Positions 1-9,365 of a DNA stretch of 64,000 nt are shown here, one piece after another. The notes under the pieces are model-generated. The model had not been told where the DNA came from. It did no database searches and was given only the letters and a program-made list of their open reading frames with translations. The first letter of the stretch is position 1. Every line of letters begins with the position of its first letter. The position numbers were made by a program, and so were the translations under genes. This stretch comes from an uncultured candidate division Zixibacteria bacterium (lineage in GTDB: Bacteria; Zixibacteria; MSB-5A5; RBG-16-43-9), in the NCBI GenBank assembly GCA_963713865.1, contig OY970208.1, forward strand, positions 352,001 through 416,000. Reading direction: 5' to 3'.

Positions 1-974
1 ACTCCCACCCAGCCTTTAACCACTTTACCTTTACTGATCAGATCAGAGAGAATATTCTTGGCCCGGTTTACAGGTATGGCAAACCCTATCCCTTCTGAGC
101 CCCGGCTGGTAGTGAAAATAAAAGTGTTTATGCCTATTACTTCCCCATCCGCATTTACCAGTGGTCCCCCGCTGTTCCCCGGGTTTATTGCCGCATCCGT
201 CTGAATCATCTTTCTATAGACCCTTTCCTCCCCTGTCCCTCTTTTCATATCCCGGTTCAGAGCACTGATTACCCCTACGGTAACCGTAGGATGAGGATCA
301 TCTAAAAGATAACCAAAGGGATTACCTAAGGCGATGGCCCATTCCCCGATGATCAGACTATCTGAATTTCCTAAGTTTGCATAAGGGAATTTATTACCCT
401 CTATTTTAATCACTGCCAAATCAGAGGTGAAATCCTGTCCCACTAACTTTCCTTTAACCTCTCTTCCGTCCGGCAGAGTAACTTTAAGCTCATCTGCATC
501 CCTGACCACATGCTCGTTTGTCAGGACATAGCCGTCCCCGCTTATTATTACACCTGAACCCAGGGAATAGACCTTCTGTTTATATTCCCTGGGCTGAAAG
601 TACCTGCCCCAGAACTCATCGAAGAACTCATCTCCGAAAGGGGATGAAAATGGCGATTCCCTTATCGTTCTGGTCTGTACTACGCTTATAGATACAACTG
701 CCGGGCCGATCTTTTCTGCGGCACGAACAATGGCATTTCTTCTGGTTTCTGTGACTTCCTCTTGAAAATCAGTGGTCAGTGGTGAGTGCTCAGTGGTGAG
801 TAATTGACCACTGGTCACAGGCAACTGATCACTATTTTTGTCTCGATAGGTATATAATACCGGTTTTATACCTTTTGACCAGAATAATCCTAGACCCGTG
901 CCTATAAAGGCTCCGGCAAGAGCTAACAGAAAAACTATAATATAGACAGTTTTATTGACTCTATCCACAGACAT
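1..974 (-). CDS. HtrA/DegP-like S1C serine protease (3' end runs off the window)
   Basis: Manual translation from ATG 974: MSVDRVNKTVYIIVFLLALAG (TM segment), SLGSGVII, VLTNEHVV, SDLAVIK, IQTDAAINPGNSGGPL. Intact His/Asp/Ser triad. Not in the ORF track. Confidence 0.92.
   Translation of the reverse strand, partial: MSVDRVNKTVYIIVFLLALAGAFIGTGLGLFWSKGIKPVLYTYRDKNSDQLPVTSGQLLTTEHSPLTTDFQEEVTETRRNAIVRAAEKIGPAVVSISVVQTRTIRESPFSSPFGDEFFDEFWGRYFQPREYKQKVYSLGSGVIISGDGYVLTNEHVVRDADELKVTLPDGREVKGKLVGQDFTSDLAVIKIEGNKFPYANLGNSDSLIIGEWAIALGNPFGYLLDDPHPTVTVGVISALNRDMKRGTGEERVYRKMIQTDAAINPGNSGGPLVNADGEVIGINTFIFTTSRGSEGIGFAIPVNRAKNILSDLISKGKVVKGWVG
769..834. repeat. Palindromic heptamer repeat array inside the HtrA coding sequence
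   Basis: TCAGTGG TCAGTGG TGAGTGC TCAGTGG TGAGTAA, then reverse-complement-like units CCACTGG TCACAGG CAACTGA TCACTA. Confidence 0.65.
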
Positions 975-1047
975 AAATTCACCCTTCTACTTAAGTAGGT
1001 TATACAAACAAATTTCTAAAAAGTTCTGACTGTTTTTGTTTTGTTCT

Positions 1048-1200
1048 TTACTTTTTACCTTTTAGGTATTTCTCCGGCTCCTTATCGAACTTCTGCTTGC
1101 AGACAGGTGAACAGAAATAATAGATTATCCCTTTGTATTCGCTTCTGGCAGAAGCTTTTTTCTCGTCTACTTTCATCTGGCAGACCGGGTCTATTGCCAT
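1048..1200 (-). CDS. YHS-domain small metal-binding protein (50 aa)
   Basis: Manual translation MAIDPVCQMKVDEKKASARSEYKGIIYYFCSPVCKQKFDKEPEKYLKGKK. DPVC and YYFCS motifs; AGGAGG RBS upstream. Confidence 0.92.
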   Translation of the reverse strand: MAIDPVCQMKVDEKKASARSEYKGIIYYFCSPVCKQKFDKEPEKYLKGKK

Positions 1201-1216
1201 AAAACCTCCTTGAAAA

Positions 1217-2359
1217 TTATACGAAAGTAAAAGCTCTTCTCAAATCCTCAATCAGATCCTCAATATTTTCTATCCCTACACTCAAACGAACCAGATTATC
1301 TGATATACCCAGCCTTTTCCTTAATTTTAATGGGATGGAGGAATGGGTCATTAAGGCTGGATGGCCAGCTAAAGATTCCACGCCACCTAAACTTTCAGCT
1401 AAGGAAAACAATTTTGAGTTCTTGAAAAATCTTCTAATCCCAGCTAAATTGCCTTTCAACTCAAAAGAGACCATCCCGCCAAAACCACTCATCTGCTTTT
1501 TAGCTAAATTATGCATAGGATGGGATTTTAATCCTGGATAGAAAACCTTTTTCACTTTTTTATGACCGGATAAATATTCTGCCACCTCGACTGCGTTAGC
1601 CTGATGCTCTCTCATCCTAACGGACAAAGTTTTTAAACCCCTTAGAACCAGGAAGCAGTCAAAAGGTCCAGGGATACCTCCAACTGCATTCTGGCAGAAC
1701 TTCATCCTTTCATAATATTCAGGATTGGAGGTAACCATTGCACCCCCAACTAAATCGCTATGCCCACTTAAATATTTGGTACTGCTGTGCACCACAATAT
1801 CTGCTCCCCAGAAAAGCGGTTTTTGAAAGTAAGGGGTGGCAAAAGTATTGTCCACTGCTAAGATCAGATTATATTTATTGGCAAGCTTGGAAATCTTTTT
1901 TAGATCGATTATCTTTAAGAGAGGATTAGTCGGGGTTTCAACCCAGACCATCTTTGTATTTTTTTTCAGCCCCTTTAAAAGATTTTGAGGATTGGTCAAA
2001 TCAACATAGGAAAATTCAAGAGCATAATCTTTATAAACTTTCTCAAATAATCTGTAAGTCCCGCCATACAGGTCATCGCAGACTATGATATGGTCTTTTG
2101 CTTTCAATAAATTCATAACGGTTGAAATAGCCGCCATCCCGGAGGAAAATGCCAGGCCAAATTTTGCCTCTTCCAGAGAAGCCAGGCATATCTCCAAGGC
2201 GGTTCTGGTAGGATTTGAGGTGCGGGAATATTCATAACCCTTATGCTTCCCTATACCCCTTTGAACATAGGTCGAGGTCTGATAGATCGGCACGATCACT
2301 GCACCTGTGGCTTTATCCGGCTCCTGTCCTGTATGAATAGCTTTAGTTTCGAATTTCAT
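1217..2359 (-). CDS. Cystathionine gamma-lyase/synthase (PLP trans-sulfuration family)
   Basis: YEYSRTSNPT, FSSGMAA, ETPTNP, DNTF, HSSTKYLSGHSD (PLP lysine), AESLGGVES, RLSVGIE. Confidence 0.93.
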   Translation of the reverse strand: MKFETKAIHTGQEPDKATGAVIVPIYQTSTYVQRGIGKHKGYEYSRTSNPTRTALEICLASLEEAKFGLAFSSGMAAISTVMNLLKAKDHIIVCDDLYGGTYRLFEKVYKDYALEFSYVDLTNPQNLLKGLKKNTKMVWVETPTNPLLKIIDLKKISKLANKYNLILAVDNTFATPYFQKPLFWGADIVVHSSTKYLSGHSDLVGGAMVTSNPEYYERMKFCQNAVGGIPGPFDCFLVLRGLKTLSVRMREHQANAVEVAEYLSGHKKVKKVFYPGLKSHPMHNLAKKQMSGFGGMVSFELKGNLAGIRRFFKNSKLFSLAESLGGVESLAGHPALMTHSSIPLKLRKRLGISDNLVRLSVGIENIEDLIEDLRRAFTFV

Positions 2360-2416
2360 ATTATTGATTATTATTATTCCCCCTTTTTAAAAAATCAAAT
2401 ATTTATTATTTCAGAT

Positions 2417-3391
2417 TTAATCCAAGAATCCGTTATCCTTCATCCATTTATCTGAGTAGATTTTGCTCAGATAACGGGTGCCTGAGTCTGGCAGGATGAC
2501 TACGATGATTTTATCTTTACCTGCTTCTTTAGCTAAATCCACTGCCACTTTTGCGGCTGAGCCGCTTGAGCCACCCGCAAAAAGACCTTCCTCTTTGGTC
2601 AGTCTTCGAGCCATTAAAAATGATTCCTTATCGTTCACCTGATAGATATCGTCTATGATGGAGAAATCAACGTTCTCCACTAACATATCCTCCCCAATCC
2701 CTTCCACCTTATAGACCTTGGGCTCGATGAGTTTTTTATACTTGAAATAATCGTGATAAACCGAGCCGACTGGGTCAACTGCTATGATTTTTAAATCCGG
2801 CTTTTTCTCTTTTAGAAATTTGCCTGCCCCGGACATAGTCCCGCCGGTTCCAATACCTGCCACGAAATAATCTATCCTCCCTTCAGTCTGTTCCCAGATC
2901 TCCGGTCCGGTGGTATAATAATGAGATTCTGTATTTTTTAGATTATGATATTGATTCAGGTAAAAGGAATTCGGAGTTTCCCGGGCAATCCTTTTCGCAG
3001 TCTCGTAATAGCTTAAAGGTGACTCCGGAGGAACGTCCGTAGGAGTTACAATCACTTCAGCCCCAAAAGCTCTCAACAGGTCGATCTTCTCCTGGCTCAT
3101 TTTATCCGGAATGGTAAAGATGGCTTTATACCCTTTAATCGCAGAAATAATAGCCACCCCCACCCCCGTATTCCCTGAGGTATTTTCCACGATGGTTCCA
3201 CCCGGCTTCAATAGCCCTTTTTTTTCGGCATCTTCTATAATATAAAGAGCCATTCGGTCCTTGACACTTCCACCGGGATTCATAAACTCAACCTTAGCTA
3301 AAATCGTAGCTGAGTTTTCGTTTACGATTTTCCCTAGTTTAACTAACGGAGTATTTCCTATAGCTCTTGATATATCAGGAATAATCTTCAT
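2417..3391 (-). CDS. Cystathionine beta-synthase / cysteine synthase family PLP enzyme
   Basis: IGNTPLV, KVEFMNPGGSVKDR, TSGNTG, GIGTGGT, VEGIGED, PDSGTRYLSK; adjacent to the gamma-lyase gene. Confidence 0.92.
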   Translation of the reverse strand: MKIIPDISRAIGNTPLVKLGKIVNENSATILAKVEFMNPGGSVKDRMALYIIEDAEKKGLLKPGGTIVENTSGNTGVGVAIISAIKGYKAIFTIPDKMSQEKIDLLRAFGAEVIVTPTDVPPESPLSYYETAKRIARETPNSFYLNQYHNLKNTESHYYTTGPEIWEQTEGRIDYFVAGIGTGGTMSGAGKFLKEKKPDLKIIAVDPVGSVYHDYFKYKKLIEPKVYKVEGIGEDMLVENVDFSIIDDIYQVNDKESFLMARRLTKEEGLFAGGSSGSAAKVAVDLAKEAGKDKIIVVILPDSGTRYLSKIYSDKWMKDNGFLD

Positions 3392-3409
3392 TTATGAAGT
3401 TAGAATCTT

Positions 3410-4444
3410 TTAGATGGAACGGTTGGGACATCTCCTGAAGACCGGCATGTTCTTGGAGCTTTCCACAATTACCTGTTTTTCTATTTTTTGACCATTTCGC
3501 AACAGGAGGAGTTTAACTTTGGAGCCAATAGGAGATGTTGAGATCATCTTCCTGAACTCTAAATCATTTCTTACCTTTTTACCCTCACACTCTACAATAC
3601 GATCTCCCACTTTTAGCCCTTCCTTAAGAGCAGGTCCATCCTTAAATACCTCAGTCACCAGAACCCCTGGCCCACCTTTGGAGAAAGTTTCTTTCCCCCT
3701 GGCACACCTTTTTTCGGTGAAAATACCTATCCAGCCCCTTTTCACCTCTCCATTTTTTTCAAGGATCTTCCCCACTATCCCACAGGTAGAGGCTGGCAGT
3801 ATAAGGATTATACTCTCTTTCCCCTCTAATCTCCCTTCTGCCAGACCAATAAGTTCTCCTTCTGAGTTGAAAATTGGTGTTCCGCTTTGATAAGCCGAAA
3901 AAGGTGCGGATAAGACCAGAAGTTCCTGATCGTACGGGTCAACCCCTCCTATCCAGGAGGAACCAACAGTTCCCAGCGCTATTTGCAGCCCCTTGGAATA
4001 ATTAGTGTTTCCTATTATCAGACCTAAGGTTCCATTTCTGATCTTCTCTTTTTTAGCTAACTGGACTGGCTTCAGGTTTCCCTTTTTGACCTGTATAAGA
4101 CTTACATTTGTTTCAAAATCGCAATAGATATTGGCGATCTCAGAATCAACTATACTTTTACCATCCTGCAGTCTGATCTTAAGCTCGTCCGAATTCTGCA
4201 AAAGGTTTTCCGTAGTGAGGATAAAATTTTTCTCCAGGACAACCCCTGAACCGATCTTTTTTTCGCCATTCGTCAGATTAGTAGCTGAGATCGAGACCAC
4301 TGAAGGTCCTACTTTTTCCATTACCTTATAGATCTCGGACTGGATTTTGTCTAACGGATTTTCTTTGCCGCATCCGCTAAAAAAAAGCAGGATAAATATT
4401 ATCCCGCCTATTTTAATTGCAGGTGAGTTTAAAAAAAGCCTCAT
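3410..4444 (-). CDS. HtrA-like trypsin + PDZ lipoprotein with degenerate catalytic triad
   Basis: Lipobox FSGC, PSVVSISA, GSGVV, GEVKRGWIG and a C-terminal PDZ domain (GLKVGDRI). The catalytic His and Asp positions read TENLL and TNVSLI. Confidence 0.8.
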   Translation of the reverse strand: MRLFLNSPAIKIGGIIFILLFFSGCGKENPLDKIQSEIYKVMEKVGPSVVSISATNLTNGEKKIGSGVVLEKNFILTTENLLQNSDELKIRLQDGKSIVDSEIANIYCDFETNVSLIQVKKGNLKPVQLAKKEKIRNGTLGLIIGNTNYSKGLQIALGTVGSSWIGGVDPYDQELLVLSAPFSAYQSGTPIFNSEGELIGLAEGRLEGKESIILILPASTCGIVGKILEKNGEVKRGWIGIFTEKRCARGKETFSKGGPGVLVTEVFKDGPALKEGLKVGDRIVECEGKKVRNDLEFRKMISTSPIGSKVKLLLLRNGQKIEKQVIVESSKNMPVFRRCPNRSI

Positions 4445-4477
4445 ATTAAATCCAATGCAATATGTTTCTGTGTTACC

Positions 4478-4957
4478 TTACTTCTGGCTGACAGTATAGA
4501 TGGTCATAAAACCATCATCGCTGGCAGAGAGAAGCTGACCCTCATAAACTATTAGGTTATTAACTAGATTCCTGGAGGAATATCCTTCTGATTTTGATAG
4601 AGACGAGAAACCAAAGGCGGCAAACATCAAAAGCAAAAGAGAAAAAACATAAGCCGGAATCGGTCCTAAGAGAGGGGTTTGTAATAAGGAGAAAAGAAAG
4701 TCCAGTTTCTCACGGAAATAGTTTCTCAATTCCAGGAGCGGAGGATAAGAGCTCAGCTTTAAGCTGAACTTTTCCCAGTAGTTCTCCGGCGGTTTAAAAA
4801 TCAGAGTCTTTTGTAACAAACCCAGAGTAGCTTTATAATCCTCGAACTCCTTGGCACACTCTGGGCAGTTTTTTAAATGTTCGTGCAGAAATCTTTTTTG
4901 AACTTCACTTAGATCTGAATAATCTAAGAAAAAATCTTTAGCTTTTTTACATTTCAT
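4478..4957 (-). CDS. Zinc-finger (zf-HC2) transmembrane anti-sigma factor
   Basis: MKC...HEHLKNCPEC (HxxxCxxC) and a TM helix; overlaps the stop of the ECF sigma gene. Confidence 0.85.
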   Translation of the reverse strand: MKCKKAKDFFLDYSDLSEVQKRFLHEHLKNCPECAKEFEDYKATLGLLQKTLIFKPPENYWEKFSLKLSSYPPLLELRNYFREKLDFLFSLLQTPLLGPIPAYVFSLLLLMFAAFGFSSLSKSEGYSSRNLVNNLIVYEGQLLSASDDGFMTIYTVSQK

Positions 4958-5600
4958 ATTTGATCCCTGCTTTCTCCAAGATATTAGGGTGATGTTTTAT
5001 CAGCTCATCCCTGAGCTTGGCTCTTGCCCGGTGTAGATACCATCTCACCGTAGCTTGAGGCATCCCGGTTATTTGAGCCACCTCCTTTATATCCAAACCT
5101 TCTATATCTCTTAACACAAAAACCGACCTCTGCTTGGGGTTCAAACCATTAAGGGCATCATTAATTGCCAGGCGAACCAGCCCTCTCTGGTATACTTTTT
5201 CGACATCATTCTTTTTTTCCTTTAGTTGCCCGATTATATTATCCAGTACCTCGAATTTATGTTTGCGAAATTTCCTTATAAAATCGATGGAGGCGTTAAT
5301 GGTTATGCGATAAAGCCAGGTAGAGAGTTTCTTAGAAGTATCGAATCTATTCAGATTTTGATAGATCTTCACAAAAACCATTTGAGAAATATCTTTAGCA
5401 TCCTCATAATCTCCGATCATGCGATAAGCTATGCCCGCCACCTGAGCTTTATATTTTTGCACTATCTTCTGAAAAGCTTCCTGATCTCCTTGCTGAGCTT
5501 TCTTGATAATATCCAAAAGTTCCTGTTCTTCCTTAGCTCCAGCTAAGCTTTTCTCTCCATCTCTGGCTAGTTTTTCATCCTTTAAATTTTCAAAGGACAT
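4947..5600 (-). CDS. ECF RNA polymerase sigma factor (RpoE-like)
   Basis: GDQEAF, DAKDISQMVF, STWLYRITIN (region 2); QRSVFVLRDIEGLDIKEVA, TVRWYLHRAR (region 4). Confidence 0.93.
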   Translation of the reverse strand: MSFENLKDEKLARDGEKSLAGAKEEQELLDIIKKAQQGDQEAFQKIVQKYKAQVAGIAYRMIGDYEDAKDISQMVFVKIYQNLNRFDTSKKLSTWLYRITINASIDFIRKFRKHKFEVLDNIIGQLKEKKNDVEKVYQRGLVRLAINDALNGLNPKQRSVFVLRDIEGLDIKEVAQITGMPQATVRWYLHRARAKLRDELIKHHPNILEKAGIKYEM

Positions 5601-5669
5601 ATATGCTTCCTATTATAAAATACGATTTCATTTAAATTGACGTTTGGTAACTAATACCGTTTATAAAAT

Positions 5670-6113
5670 CTATTTTGGGAAAATCCTCATTCCCTTTCTC
5701 TCAAAAAGAGATGAAGTTATTCCCATATTTCTCTTTTGTTCGTCCTCTTTGTGGACCTTAAGGCTCTTATCCGTTAATCCAAGACCACAGGAAGGGCTCC
5801 CCTCCTTTAACCAGGCAGAACTGATCTTAAACCTTTTAGCAATTCGAAAAGATAAATTAGCACCTCTGGAGAAGAATTGGCTCAAATCCTCACCGGAGAC
5901 AGAAACAACTTTTTTTCTACCAGAACTGTATTCTATCATAGCTGTTTTTCGTGGAGTAGATAAACCACTTAACTGCTCCGGACAAAGAGGTATAACCTCT
6001 CCCTTCTTCACCATTTGAAAAATCTTTTTATCCAGCTTAGCTTCTCCATTATATCTACATCTGACCCCAGCCAGACAGGCTGAAACAACAAATTTCAAAA
6101 CAGTCATACCCAA
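5670..6113 (-). CDS. DUF523 / 2-thiouracil desulfurase family protein
   Basis: VSACLAGVRCRYNG, CPEQLSGLSTPR, LKEGSPSCG; the start may be ATG 6107. Confidence 0.85.
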   Translation of the reverse strand: MGMTVLKFVVSACLAGVRCRYNGEAKLDKKIFQMVKKGEVIPLCPEQLSGLSTPRKTAMIEYSSGRKKVVSVSGEDLSQFFSRGANLSFRIAKRFKISSAWLKEGSPSCGLGLTDKSLKVHKEDEQKRNMGITSSLFERKGMRIFPK

Positions 6114-6170
6114 TCCAGACTAAAAAAGCCTTTCAGGAAAGGAAGTCCACAGGATTTAAAAAAAAGAATC

Positions 6171-7055
6171 TTAATATCTTCCACCCCAGAGATATGATTG
6201 TGGATTTACCGCCCGCCCTTTTAGATGAACTTCATAGTGCAGGTGAGGACCAGTCGAATACCCGGTATTCCCCACTCTTCCTATTATCTCGCCTCGTTCA
6301 ACTTCTTCTCGACTTTGGACCAGGATAACAGAAAGATGTCCATAGAAGGTTTCATACCCATTTCCATGGTCTATAGTTACAAGTTTTCCCAATCCTTTTT
6401 GCCAGCCAACAAAACTTACTTTCCCCCTGGCTGGAGCTATAATCGGGGTTCCAACATCTGCTACTATATCCAACCCCTGATGTAACCCGATCTCACCTGT
6501 AAATGGGTCTGGCACAACTCCAAATCCCCGGCTGATATATCCATCAACCGGATAGATTGAGGGGGTATGCTCCAAGAGCTCTTTTTTCTGGTTAAGATTT
6601 TCATAAATATATTCAAACCCTTCTTTTTCATCCCTGATTTTATCGATTAACCTATCAATATCCCTTACTTTATTCTCTGCATAAAGAACAGTATTATCTA
6701 AGATAATCTGATCTCTCTCGGCAAAGTCGCTGACTCTCGATGGCTTAGGGCTAAAAAAACTCCTGATATTCTGCTCCATATAACCTAATTCATTAATTTC
6801 CGTGCCTAATTTACCCAAGAAGAATTCGAGATCCAGAAGCTTGCCAGCTAAAATCTTGTTTTCAGACTCCAGTTTAATTGCCTTAACCTGATCAACCCTC
6901 TGTCCAAAATAACCTAAGAAGCTGAAGCCGATCGAACCAATTAAAAGGAAGAGGCTAAAGCCTAAAAAATAGACCAACCCTTTGGATAAAGACTCTGTTA
7001 GGAGTCCAATAGTAACTTTTAGTTCAGAATATAAAAAATTTAAAGGCTTTCTCAT
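6171..7055 (-). CDS. M23 family metallopeptidase
   Basis: TM helix plus coiled coil, then TPSIYPV, HQGLDI (HxxxD) and STGPHLHYEV (HxH). Confidence 0.92.
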   Translation of the reverse strand: MRKPLNFLYSELKVTIGLLTESLSKGLVYFLGFSLFLLIGSIGFSFLGYFGQRVDQVKAIKLESENKILAGKLLDLEFFLGKLGTEINELGYMEQNIRSFFSPKPSRVSDFAERDQIILDNTVLYAENKVRDIDRLIDKIRDEKEGFEYIYENLNQKKELLEHTPSIYPVDGYISRGFGVVPDPFTGEIGLHQGLDIVADVGTPIIAPARGKVSFVGWQKGLGKLVTIDHGNGYETFYGHLSVILVQSREEVERGEIIGRVGNTGYSTGPHLHYEVHLKGRAVNPQSYLWGGRY

Positions 7056-7691
7056 CTTTAGAAAACTTTTGGGATTAACTTATATATTAAAAGGGGAATT
7101 GTCAAGTTTTATTTTATCAGAATATATTCCCTTTTCAGAATTTTATTAACCACGCGGATAAATTTGTCTGAGCTTAATGCTTGAAGGGTATATATATGCC
7201 AGCAGGTTTTCTCTGGTAATTTGGGGCTGATTTTTTTCTTCTTATTATTCACTTATTTTCTCCTTTAAGCCCAACCCGTCTAAATTTACTTAAAGTATAG
7301 AGCAATCTTTATGCCCAAGCAAGAGGGCTTTGCCCAGGAACTTTTGCCTCCTAATTCTATAACTTTCAGTGAATTAAAGGAAAGAGGGTTTTAAAGAGAT
7401 AATCAGGTGGATTTTTCCAAAAAAAAGTATTGTCTGAAGACAATATCTTATTGTTTTATTCCTACAATTGAATCTGGATTAAAAGAGCTGCGGGAGTATG
7501 ATAAGTCAAGCCCTTATAATTTCTTTCCACATAAAAAAACAGGGACCGGAGCAGAACCCCTGCCTGAAACCGATAGTTAATTTACAAGGCGGACCTAATC
7601 ATCCGATATAGTATTTATGTTAAAACTTTTTTATTTGTAATTCAAACAGGGTTTTACTATCTTTTCTGAAACCTGTATTCTTTCTTAACGT

Positions 7692-8279
7692 ATGATAAAA
7701 AAGAAGGCATTGGTAGTACGGGATGACCAGACTTTGATCAAGGAAGCTTTAGAGGGGAATCAGAAAGCTTTCAAGCTCCTGATGGAAAGGCACAAAAATG
7801 CGGTTCAGCACATAATATTAAAGCTGGTTCACAACTATGATGAATCCCTGGACTTGGTTCAGGAGACTTTTGTAAAAGCCTTTGGCTCCTTGGCAACTTA
7901 TAAAACAAAATATCGCTTTACCACCTGGCTCTACCGGATTGCGGCTAATTGTTCCATCGATCATCTGCGCCGGAAAAAAATCGAAGCTTTCTCACTGGAC
8001 CAGCCCTTGGAAACTGATAAAGGTAAATTAGAAATAGAAATACCAGACCGGACTTTTGATCCGGAAAAAGATTTAACCTTAAAGCAACAGGAACTTTCAG
8101 TTGAAGAAGCCATCGCCTCACTGCCCGGGAAATATAAAGAGGTTATCTTGTTGAGACACAAAGAGGACAAATCGTATGAGGAAATCTCAGCGATTTTACA
8201 TCTGTCCACAGGTACGATTAAAGCTCGAATCTTCAGAGCCAGAGTCTTATTAAAGAAAAAACTCAAACATATGAGATAG
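7692..8279 (+). CDS. ECF sigma factor (SigW-like)
   Basis: DLVQETFVKAF, FTTWLYRIAAN, SYEEIS, GTIKARIFRAR. Confidence 0.93.
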   Translation: MIKKKALVVRDDQTLIKEALEGNQKAFKLLMERHKNAVQHIILKLVHNYDESLDLVQETFVKAFGSLATYKTKYRFTTWLYRIAANCSIDHLRRKKIEAFSLDQPLETDKGKLEIEIPDRTFDPEKDLTLKQQELSVEEAIASLPGKYKEVILLRHKEDKSYEEISAILHLSTGTIKARIFRARVLLKKKLKHMR

Positions 8280-8286
8280 TGAAAAT

Positions 8287-9363
8287 ATGAAAACAAAACT
8301 AATACTTTTCTGGCTTTTGATCTCAGGGGTTTTATGCTCTTTTTACCCTGATTTTCTTGAGGCTAAAGAGTTTAGCTTCCCTTTGCAAAAAGAATTCGTC
8401 CTGGAACAACCCCTGACCCTGGAAGTCGAAGATCCCAGAGGCGAGATCGTCCTCGAATCACATAACCAGAATAAAATCGTAATTCAAGCATCCAAAATAG
8501 TAGAAGCTAAGAATTCCAGGGAAGCAGAGGAGATTGCTCACAAGATTCAAATGGATATTGAAAAAACTGGCGCTTTGGTTCGGATAAAAACCAAATATCA
8601 AAAAACTGAAAGGGGAAATTTCTGGGAAAGGCTCTTCACCGTGAATAGATCAGTGGAAGGATATGTCAGTTATCGCATCCTTGTACCCAAAAATATCCGG
8701 GAAGCAGACCTTTCAGTTACCAGTGGAGAGATAAGGGTTTTCTACCTTAATGGCAAGTTGAGTTTGTCCTCTACTTCCGGGGATATAGAGGCTACTGGAA
8801 TAGAAGGAGAGTTTTCTTCCTCATCTACCAGTGGAAATATCCAGCTTAAGGACGTAAGTGGCAAAATCAGCCTGGAAGGGACCAGCTCAGATATTGAGGT
8901 AAAAAATCTAAAGGGAGAACTCGGCATAAATTGCACCAGCGGTTCTGTGGTCATTGAAGAGCTTCAGGGTTCTCTTAACTGTTCACAAACCTCAGGCGAT
9001 TTAGAAGTTAAAGGACTGAGCGGAGATATAAGTGCAACCTCTACTTCGGGAAACCTGTGGATTGAGCAAAATCAGGGCAGTTTGGACCTGAATACCACCA
9101 GCGGGGATATCGAAGCTAAAACCCAGATATTATCTGCAAAGAATTACTATCTGGAAACTACGAGTGGGGATATCGATCTCTATATTTCCAGGGGAGCCCA
9201 GGCTAACCTTAAAATCGAGACTACCAGTGGAGAAATCAATATGGATATCCCTATGGTCTTGAAAAATGCAACCCGGAATTCCCTTTCCGGAATCTTAGGC
9301 TCAGGAGGGGGAAAGATAGAAGTTCAAACGGTCAGTGGTGATATAAACATAGAGGAGTATTAA
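8287..9363 (+). CDS. DUF4097 family beta-strand repeat secreted protein
   Basis: Signal peptide and many TSGDI/TSGEI repeats. Confidence 0.85.
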   Translation: MKTKLILFWLLISGVLCSFYPDFLEAKEFSFPLQKEFVLEQPLTLEVEDPRGEIVLESHNQNKIVIQASKIVEAKNSREAEEIAHKIQMDIEKTGALVRIKTKYQKTERGNFWERLFTVNRSVEGYVSYRILVPKNIREADLSVTSGEIRVFYLNGKLSLSSTSGDIEATGIEGEFSSSSTSGNIQLKDVSGKISLEGTSSDIEVKNLKGELGINCTSGSVVIEELQGSLNCSQTSGDLEVKGLSGDISATSTSGNLWIEQNQGSLDLNTTSGDIEAKTQILSAKNYYLETTSGDIDLYISRGAQANLKIETTSGEINMDIPMVLKNATRNSLSGILGSGGGKIEVQTVSGDINIEEY

Positions 9364-9365
9364 AA

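Noticed and set aside
7056-7691. ncRNA or small gene in the long divergent intergenic region
   Set aside because: No recognisable RNA family or credible ORF by eye; an Rfam search is needed.
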